A stretch of DNA of 64,000 nucleotides from positions 201,252,001-201,316,000 of the forward strand of contig NC_091985.1 of assembly GCF_044704955.1 (NCBI RefSeq). Reading direction: 5' to 3'. Made by a program: the position numbers and the translations under genes. Source of the stretch: Pristiophorus japonicus (taxonomy: Eukaryota). The notes under the pieces were generated by a model. The model ran no database searches, was not told the origin of the DNA, and was given only the letters and a program-made list of their open reading frames with translations. Below, piece after piece: positions 55,290-64,000 of the stretch (position 1 is its first letter; every line of letters starts with the position of its first letter).

Positions 55290-55675
55290 GGGTGTCAGTC
55301 GTGGCTCAGTGGTAGCACTCTCGTCTCTGAGTCAGTAGGTTGTGGGTTCAAGGCCACCTGCAGATACTTGAGCACAAAATCTAGGCTGATATTCCAATGC
55401 AGTACTGAGGGATTGCTGCACTGCCATCTTTCGGATGAATCGCTCAATTGAGGCTCCATCATCCCTCAACCAATATCACTAAAACAGATTATCTGGCCAG
55501 TATCACATCGCTGTTCGTGGCAGCTTGCTGTGTGCAAATTGTCTGCCGCACTTCCTACAGTGCAACAGTGAACGCACTTCAAATGTACTTTGATGTTGTT
55601 GTATCCTATTGGCTGTAAAGCACTTTGGGAGGTCCTGAGGTCATGTGAGGTGCTACATAAGGACAAGTCTTTATT
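55290..55675 (+). mobile_element. tRNA-derived DeuSINE (SacSINE1-like)
   Basis: A box TGGCTCAGTGG, B box GGTTCAAG, GCCATCTTTCGGATGA core; absent at the paralogous site ~52410. Confidence 0.85.
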
Positions 55676-55925
55676 GAACAAAGGAGATAAGGCCCAAAAA
55701 TGGAACAGTCGGTAACAGGATATCGATTAGTCTCCTCTTATCTTGGAGACATCAAGGAATCGGCACAATGTGTGCTTGAACCAAAGCTGATTTATTTGTC
55801 AGATATCCATAAAATTAACCTCCAGCTCAGTTACAGGGAAAACAAAGCCCAACAATCAGAATGAGCATGGTTCAGTCCTGGATGTGATTAACAGCTGCAA
55901 TAAGAGCAGAATCCAACCCCTGCAG

Positions 55926-56852
55926 TCACTTGTGAACTCGCTGGTGTCTCAGCAGGTGGGACGATCGAGTGAATCCCTTCCCACACATGGAGCAGGTGAA
56001 TGGCCTCTCTCCAGTGTGAGTGCGTTTGTGTCTCATCAGATCATTTCTGCTTTTAAATCTCTTCTCACAGTCAGAACATTTAAACGGTCTCTCATTGGTG
56101 TGAACAACTTGGTGTGCAGTGAGGCTGGCTGCCACAGAGAATCCCTTCCCACACACAGAGCAGGTGAATGGCCTCTCCCCAGTGTGAGTGCGTTGGTGGG
56201 TCAGCAGGTTGGATGAACTAGTAAATCCCTTCCCACACATGGAGCAGGTGAACGGCCTCTCCCCAGTGTGAATGCGTTGGTGTACCATCAGATCATTTCT
56301 GCTTTTAAAGCTCTTCTCACAGACAGAACATTTAAACGGTCTCTTATTGGTGTGAACAAGTTGGTGTGCAGTGAAGTGGGATGACTGAGTGAATCCCTTC
56401 CCACACTCAGAGCAGGTAAACGGCCTCTCGACAGTGTGAACTCGCTGGTGAGCCAGAAGGTGGGGTGAATTAGTGAATCTCTTCCCACACACGGAGCAGG
56501 TGAATGGCCTCTCGACAGTGTGAGTGCGCAGGTGTCTCAGGTGGTGAGATGATTTCATGAATCCTTTCCCACACACAGAGCAGACGAACGGTCTCTCTCT
56601 GGCGTGATCTCGCTGGTGATCAGTGAGGTGAGATGAACAAGTGAATCCCTTCCCACACATGGAGCAGGTGAACGGCCTCTCCCCAGTGTGAACCCGCTGG
56701 TGTACAGTGAGATTGGATGAGTGAGTAAATCCTTTCCCACACATGGAGCAGGTGAACGGCCTCTCCCCAGTGTGACTGCGTCGATGAATTTCCAGTTGAG
56801 ATGGGTAATGGAATTCCTTTCCACAATCCCCACATTTCCACAGTTTCTCCGT
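55926..56852 (-). CDS. Tandem C2H2 zinc-finger protein, 11 fingers (ZNF locus 4); the homologous start codon is ACG, first in-frame ATG at 56744
   Basis: Open frame 56852-55926; ends ...[10 protein letters not shown] like locus 1; AATAAA on minus at ~55791. Confidence 0.8.
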   Translation of the reverse strand, partial: TEKLWKCGDCGKEFHYPSQLEIHRRSHTGERPFTCSMCGKGFTHSSNLTVHQRVHTGERPFTCSMCGKGFTCSSHLTDHQRDHARERPFVCSVCGKGFMKSSHHLRHLRTHTVERPFTCSVCGKRFTNSPHLLAHQRVHTVERPFTCSECGKGFTQSSHFTAHQLVHTNKRPFKCSVCEKSFKSRNDLMVHQRIHTGERPFTCSMCGKGFTSSSNLLTHQRTHTGERPFTCSVCGKGFSVAASLTAHQVVHTNERPFKCSDCEKRFKSRNDLMRHKRTHTGERPFTCSMCGKGFTRSSHLLRHQRVHK

Positions 56853-57409
56853 GGTGCGGGTGTCCTTGTGTCTCTCCAGGTTGGATGATCAGTTGAAGCC
56901 TCGTCCACACACAGAACACGTGTACGGTTTCTCCCCGCTATGAATGGTGTGATATTTTTTCAGGCTGTGTAACTAGTTAAAGCTCTTTCTACAGTCAATG
57001 CACTGGAACACTCTCACTCGGGTGTGTGTGTCTCGGTGCTTTTCCAGTCACACTGATGTTTGAAATCTTTTCCCACAGACAGAACAGACAAACACTTCTC
57101 CTTCCACATTCAAAGGATGATGATATTCAGGTTGTGGTGAATCGAGTGACTGTTACATCTTGATGTGATGCTTGGTTCGAGTTTTCCGTCTGCAAACCCT
57201 CCCCTTCTAATACCCTGTAAAAGGAGTTTCCAAAATCATCACTAAGGACAGGATAGAAATTCAGATCGGACAATTCTAGTTTCTATGGTACACACATTCC
57301 TCTCTGGTTTCTCCACAGCTGTAAATCACTGTCTCACACACTCTCCCTACTCTCTGTGCTAAAATTCAAACCCATTATACCACCTCCAACATTTTTTCCT
57401 TCTCACTGA

Positions 57410-57575
57410 AGATGCTGACTCTGGCTGGGTTCAGTTCTACACTCACTGGTTCCCCTCGCTCTCCTCCCCTGAAGGTGCTGACTCTGGCTGGGTTCAGTTC
57501 TACACTCACTGGTTCCCCTCGCTCTCCTCCCCTGAAGGCACTGACTCTGGCTGGGTTCAGTTCTACACTCACCAG
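57410..57575 (-). repeat. 62-bp tandem repeat, ~3 copies, same family as 36755-37005
   Basis: Reverse-complement match. Confidence 0.9.
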
Positions 57576-57837
57576 TTTCTCTCAAATATGTGACCCATGT
57601 ACCCAATCTCTATGCATGAACCTCGACAGTGAGTGTCGACGGGCTATTCCACTGTCCTCACCCGAGGCCTCACACGTGCATTTTCCAGCAGGGTCACTGG
57701 AGCCTACTCCCAATGGCTCAGTGGGTAAAGGCACCGCCCAATGTGACTGAGTCCTAGGAACAGGAAGGACCCAGGTTTAATCCTGTCTGCATATCCTCCC
57801 CTTCCAAAAAGCTGTTTACAAAAGTCATCACTGTAAG

Positions 57838-59625
57838 TAGGAACATAGGAACAGGAATAGGCCATTCAGCCCCTGGAGCATGTTCCACCATTCAATTAGA
57901 TCGTGGCTGATCAGTATTTTAACTCCGTCTACCTGCCTTGGTTCCATCACCCTTAATACCCTTGCCTAAGAAGAATTTATCAATCTCAGTTTTGGAATTT
58001 TCAACTGGCCCCCAGCCTCAATTTTAGGGGAACAGAGTTCCAGATTTCCACTACCCTTTAAGAACATAAGAAATAAGGGAAAGAGTAGGCAATATGGCCC
58101 CTCGAGCCAACTCCACCAGTCAATAAGATCAAGGCTGACCTTTGACCTCAACTCTACTTTCCCGCACTATTCCCAGATCTCTTGATTCCTTTAAAATCAT
58201 AGAACCTTACAGCATTTCAGCCCATCGTGTTTGTGCTGGCCAACAAGAGGCTATCCAGCCTAATCCCACTTTCCAGCTCAAGGTCTGTAACCCTGCAGGT
58301 TACGGCACTTCAAATGCACATCGAAGTACTTTTCAAATGTGGTGAGGGTTTCTGCCTCTACCACTCTTTCAGGCAGTGAGTTCCAGACCCCCACAACCCT
58401 CTGTGGGAAGAAATTTACTCTCAAATCCCCTCTAAACCTTCTAGCAATTACGTTAAATTTATGCCCCCTGGATGTTGACCACTGCTAAGGGAAATAGGCC
58501 CTTTTTATGCACTATATCGAGTCCCCTCATAATTTTATACATCTCAATGAGGTCTCCCCTCAGCATCCTCTGTTCCAAGGAAAACAAATCCAGCCTATCC
58601 AATCTGTCCTCATAGCTAAGATTCGCCACTCCCAGCAACATCCTCGTAAATCTCCTCTGTACCCTCTCCAGTGCAATCATGTCCTTCCTGTAATGCGGTG
58701 ATCAGAACTGCACGCAGTACTCTAACTGTGGCCTAACCAGTGTTTTATACAGTTCAAGCATAACCCCGTTCTTGTACTCTGTGCCTCGGCTAATAAAGGC
58801 AAGCATTCCGCATGCCTTCTTAACTGCCTTATCTACCTGGCCTGCTACTTTCAGGGATCTGTGGACATGCACTCCCAGGTCTCTTTGTTCCTCTACACTT
58901 CTCAGTGTCCTACCATTTAATGCGTATTCCCTTTCCTTGCTAGCCCTCCCCAAATGCATTACCTCACACTTCTCTGGATTAAATTCCATTTGCCACTGTT
59001 CTGCCCACCTGACCAGTTGATTGATATCTTCCTGCAGTCTGCAGCTTTCTTCTTCATTATCAGCCACACAGCCGATTTTAGTATCATCTGCAAACTTCTT
59101 AATCATATCCCCTATATTCAAGTCTATATCATTGATGTATACCACAAAAAGGAAGGGACCTAGTGCTGAGCCCTGGGAGTCCCACATGAAACATCCTTCC
59201 AGTTACAAAAACTCCCATCAACCATTACCCTTTGCTTCCTGCCTCTGAGCCAATTTGGATCCAACTTGCCACTTTTCCCTGAATCCCATGGGTTTTTACT
59301 TTCGTGACTAGTCTGCCATGTGGGACCTTATCAAAGTGTCAAAATGTCTATCGATCTCAGCCCTGAATATACTCAAAGACTGAGCATCCACAGCCCTCTG
59401 GGATAGAGAATTCCAAAGATTCACAGTGAAGAAATTCCTCCTCATCTCAATCTTAAATGACCGACTCCTTATCCTGAGACTATGACCCCCTAGTTCGAGA
59501 CTCTTCAGTCAGGGGAAACATTTGTGTGAGGAAGTGCTTCATGGCATCACCCTTGAATGGCCTAGCTCTAATTTTAAGGTTCTGTCCCTTTCACCAGAGG
59601 AAATCGTTTCTCTATCTACCCTGTT
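57838..59625 (-). mobile_element. Three nested CR1 3' fragments (outer 57838-58058 + 59521-59625; middle 58059-58194 + 59336-59520; inner 58195-59335)
   Basis: Three separate tails; interrupted sequences resume collinearly; the inner copy has KKFADDTK RT. Confidence 0.8.
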
Positions 59626-60261
59626 AACTGAACTAAAAAGGAAATAAATGACTTTTAAACACCTGGTCCACTTGGCACTGAAGTGTCTGAAACTCATGAT
59701 AGGAACTCCAGGAAAACAAAATACTGACAAATGTTAAACTGTTTTGTTGACAAAAGAAATCTCAATTTAACTTTTAAAAGATAAATTGTTTAACAGGGGT
59801 TCACACTGACTCACCTGTCAGGCCGCCCCTCGAGCACCACGATTGGTTGCAGAACACGCTGCTCCCTGAGCCCTCCGGCCTCTGAGCTCTCTTCCTGTTG
59901 GTTCCCAGGGCAATCAATCACCACTCGCCAACATTATGCTGCCAGATGAAGTTGAGGGGCTCAGAGGAAGAAATAAAACGAGGCCGTGAATCTGAGTTAA
60001 TAAATAAATTAGAGAAGCATGACTACATTTATAAACTTAACTATTTAAAGTCAAGTCAATTGAATTGTTGCAATTAATATATTCCTTTTGCACCAAGTGG
60101 GAAACAACTGATGTGTGGGCTGTGCAGAGTGTCTGTGCCCGGTTACACAGCGTGTCCCTGGCTCTCCGCTCCAAATACACATGTTTCAGCTCACATCCAA
60201 CTGACTGGATAAACCTCGCCCGTCTAAACCCCATCACAGAAATATCAGCATTTGATGTTTA

Positions 60262-60770
60262 GTTATACTAAACCTTTATAAAACACTGGTTAGGCCTCAG
60301 CTGGCACATTGTGTTCGATTGTGGGCACCACACTTTCAGAAGGATGTATACAGTTTAGAGAGGGTGCAGAAGAGATTTACTAGAATGGTACCAAGGATGA
60401 GGGACCTCAGTTATGTGGCAATACTGGAGAAGCTGCAGTTATTCTCCTTCGAGCAGAAAAGTTTAAGAGGAGATTTCATTAAAGTGTTCAAAATCATGAA
60501 CAATTTTAACAAGGAGAAACTTTTCCAGTGGCAGAAGGGTTGGTAACCTGAGGAGACAGAATAAGGTGATTGGCAAAAGAAGCAGAGGCGACATGAGGAA
60601 ACATTTTATAAGCAACGAGTTGTTGCAATCTGGAATGCACTGCCTGAAAGGGTGGTGGACGCAGATTCAATAGTAACTTTCAAAAGTGAATTGGATAAAT
60701 ACTAAAGGGACAATATTTGCAGAGCTATTGGGAAAGATCAGGAGAGTGGAACTAACTGGATAGATCTGCC
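60262..60770 (+). mobile_element. Degenerate CR1 3' region
   Basis: WAPHFQKD..LERVQKRFTRM. Confidence 0.8.
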
Positions 60771-61625
60771 ATAGAGGTAACTGGGAGGGTCGATGGGGGT
60801 AGTGCATTTGATGGAGTGTATATGTATTTTAACAAGGCTTTTGATGAGGTCCCACATGCCAGACTGGTTACCAAAATAAAAGCCCATGGGATCCAAGGCA
60901 AAGTTAGATCCAAAATTGGCTCAGAGGTAGAAAGCAAAGGGTAATGGGCTGCAGGAAGATATCAATGGACTGGTCAGGTGGGCAGAACAGTTACAAATGG
61001 AACTTAATCCGAAGAAGTGTGAGGTAGTGCATTTGGGGAGGGCTAACAAGACAAGGGAATTCACATTAAATGGTAGGACATTGAGAAGTGTAGAGGAACA
61101 GAGGGACTTTGGAGTGCATGTCCACAGATCCCTGAAGGTAGCAGCACAGGTGGATAAGGTGGTTAAGAAGGCATTTGCGATACTTGCCTTTATTAGCCTA
61201 GGCACAGAATGTAAGAGCAGGAAGGTTATGCTTGAACTGTATAAAATACTATTTAGGCTACAGCAAGAGTACTGCGTGCAGTTCAAGTCACCACATTACA
61301 GGAAAGATGTGATTGCACCAGAGAGGATAAAAACATTTACGAGGATGTTGCCTGGACTGGAGAATTTTAGCTATGAGGAAAGATTGGATAGGCTGGGGTT
61401 GTTTTCTTTGGAACACAGGGTGCAGACGTGGAACCTCAATGAGGTGTATAAAATTATGAGGGGCCTAGATAGAGTGGATCGGAAGTCCTATTTTCCTTCA
61501 TAGAGGGGTCAATGGATTTAAAGTAATTGGTAGAAGGTTTAGAAGGGAGACCTAATTGAGGTGTATAACGTTATGAGGGACCTGGATAGAGTGAATAGCA
61601 AGGACCTATTTCCCTTAGCAGAGGA
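60771..61625 (+). mobile_element. CR1 (second family) RT fragment with an internal deletion and a short duplication
   Basis: ORF 60997-61503 MELNPKKCEVVHLG... Confidence 0.85.
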
Positions 61626-61629
61626 TTCA

Positions 61630-61937
61630 TCCATGGCTTAGTGGGTAGCACTCTCACCTCTGAGTCAGAAGGTTGTGGGTTCAAGTCCCGCTCCAGGGAC
61701 TTGAGCACAAAAATCTAGGCTGACACTCCAGTGCAGTCCTGAGGGAGTGCCGCACTGTTGGAGATGCTATCTTTCCGATGAGACATTAAACCAAGGCACC
61801 GCCTGTTATCTCTGGTGGGCATAAAAGATCCCATGGCACTATTTTGAAGAAGAGCAAGGGAGGTATCCCCGTTGTCCTGGCAATATTTATCCATCAATCA
61901 ACATAACAAAAACAGTTTATCTGGTAATTATCACATT
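61630..61937 (+). mobile_element. tRNA-derived DeuSINE, 3'-interrupted by a CR1
   Basis: TGGCTTAGTGG A box, GGTTCAAGTCC B box, Deu-like core. Confidence 0.85.
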
Positions 61938-62913
61938 AACAAGATAAGAAATAGGAGCAGGAGTAGGCCATTTGGCCCCTTGAGCCTGCTCTGCCATTTA
62001 ATAAGATCAAGGCTTTTCTGATCATGAACTCAGCTCCACTTCCCTGCCAGCTCCCCATAACCCTTTATTCCCTTATCGCTCTAAAACCTGTCTATCTCCG
62101 CCTTAAATATATTCAATGACCCAGCTTCCACAGCTCTCTGGGGCAAAGAATTCCACAGATTTGCAACCCTCAGACAAGAAATCCCTCCTTATCTCAGTTT
62201 TAAATGGGTGGCCTCTTATTCTGAAATTGTGAGTGGAATTATCCTCACTGCATCCACCTTGTCAAGCCCACTCATTCTCTTATAAGTTTCAATAAGATCA
62301 CCTCTCATCCGTCTGAACTCCAATGAGTACAGGCCCAACCTATCTTCATAAGTCAACCCCCTCAGCTCCAGAATCAACCTAGTGAACCTTCTCTGAACTG
62401 CCTCCATTGCAAGTATATCCTTGCTTCAATATGGAGATCAAAACTTTACGCAGTACTCCAGGTGTGGCCTCACCAATACCCTGTACAGATGTAGCAGGAA
62501 TTCTCTGGTGTACATTTATTGCAAGGGGAATACTATATTCCCCTTGCAATAAATGCCAACATTCCATTTTCCTTCCTGATTACTTGCTGTACCTGCATAC
62601 TAACTTTTGTGTTTCATGCACAAGGATCCCTAGGTCTTTCTGTACTGCAGCACTTTGCAATTTTTCTCCATTTAAATTATAATTTGCTTTTCTATTTTTT
62701 CTGCCAAAATGGATAACCTCACATTTTCCCACATTATACTCCATCTGCCAAATTTTTGCCCACTCACTTAGCCTGTCCATATCCCTTTGCAGATTTTGTG
62801 TGTACTCCTCACAATTTGCTTTCCCACCCATCTTAATATCATCATCAGCAAACTTGGCTACATTGCACTCGGTCCCTTCATCCAAGTCATTAATATAGAT
62901 TGTAAATAGTTGA
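61938..62913 (-). mobile_element. 5'-truncated CR1 LINE
   Basis: Tail at 61938; AKFADD, EYNVGKCEVIHFG. Confidence 0.9.
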
Positions 62914-62984
62914 GTGTGGGATTAATCATGCTTTAATCAGTATTTGCCACTTAATGTAAGTGTTGACTTCGTTCAATGTCTGTC

Positions 62985-63435
62985 AACTTCTGGTATAGTT
63001 TGTGAAGGTGGGCTCATTCTGTATCTCTCAGTCTCCAGTACAGTTTATGGAAGTGGTATTGATTCTGTAACTCTCAGTCTCTGATACAGTATATGAGTCT
63101 GGGATTCATTCTGTATCTCTCAGTCTCTGGTACAGTGAGTATGGGATTCATTCTGTATCTCTCAGTATCTGGTACAGTGAGTGCGGGATTCATTCTGTAT
63201 TTCTCAGTCTCTGGTACAGTGAGTGAGTCTGGGATTCACTCTGTATCTCTCAGTCTCTGGTACAGTGAGTGAATCTGGGATTCACTCTGTATTTCTCAGT
63301 CTCTGGTACAGTGAGTGTGGGATTCACTCTGTATCTCTCAGTCTCTGGTACAGTGAGTGTGGGATTCACTCTGTATCTCTCAGTCTCTGGTACTGTTAGT
63401 GATTGTGGGATACATTCTGTATCTTTCAGTCTGAA
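62985..63435 (-). repeat. ~42-46-bp minisatellite, reverse-strand relative of 28818-29145
   Basis: GGGATTCACTCTGTATCTCTCAGTCTCTGGTACAGTGAGT units. Confidence 0.9.
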
Positions 63436-63737
63436 CCTTATGATGTGGATTTATTCTATACCTTTCAGATACTATTTGTCTATTCTCTCTGATAGTTAAT
63501 TTGTCACTATGGCTGCACTATTGAGAGATTAACATTGTGCCTTTCCAGCTGATAATGGGTGTGTATTTTGACTGGGATTGATGTATCTACCTGTGAACAG
63601 TACTGAGTTATGGTGAAATGTTAACAACTTCTGTCTCTCCTGCTCTGTTTGATTGCTGGATTGAAAATGTATATCTGGAAATTGGGATCATTGCGGGACT
63701 GACTACTTCTGCTGTCGATGAGTGTGGAATTGATATT

Positions 63738-64000
63738 AAGAACATAAGAAATAGGAACAGGAGTAGGCCATACGGCCCCTCGAGCCTGCTCCGCCATTTA
63801 ATATGATCATGGCTGATCCGATCATGGACTCAGGTCCACTTCCCTGCCCGTGCCCCATAACCCCTTATTTCCTTATCGGTTAAGTAACTGTCCATCTCTG
63901 TCTTAAATTTATTCAATGACCCAGCTTCCACAGCTCTGAGGCAGCAAATTCCATAGATTTATAACCCTCAGAGAAGAAATTTCTCCTCATCTCAGTTTTA
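63738..64000 (-). mobile_element. CR1 3' end (continues beyond the window)
   Basis: Near-identical to 1560-1810. Confidence 0.9.

Noticed and set aside
37652-57050. Selenocysteine or programmed read-through at the conserved ZNF TGAs
   Set aside because: The TGAs are not at Cys positions, no SECIS was recognised, and the leader has a frameshift (locus 1) and a TAG (locus 4)
55290-61700. tRNA genes at 55295, 57712 and 61632
   Set aside because: A/B-box heads without a full cloverleaf; 55295 and 61632 run into SINE bodies

Overview
Vertebrate genomic DNA, most likely a cartilaginous fish (shark); this is inferred from the repeat repertoire (CR1-type LINEs, SacSINE1/DeuSINE-like SINEs, 'MEKPW' C2H2 genes). 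Bases 1-24.7 kb are a decaying, tandemly duplicated replication-dependent histone cluster. It holds intact ORFs for H2B x2, H2A, H4 and H1, an H3 with a 1-nt frameshift, an H2A split by a 5.4-kb insertion, and H4/H2B relics, all with stem-loop 3' ends. Bases 26-35 kb contain a duplicated, apparently non-coding multi-exon unit interleaved with minisatellite blocks. Bases 36.7-60 kb contain four paralogous C2H2 zinc-finger loci (2 with intact arrays, 2 pseudogenes). The window is packed with CR1, Tx1, RTE, Penelope, Gypsy and SINE remnants. The most unusual signals are: a near full-length Tx1-clade element flanked by a ~135-bp direct duplication; a CR1 that apparently carried 2.3 kb of foreign upstream DNA into H2A; a minisatellite built from the CR1 3' terminus; and a ZNF family whose shared leader has two invariant in-frame TGA codons and an ATG/ACG-polymorphic start. 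All alignments were made by eye, so repeat boundaries are approximate.
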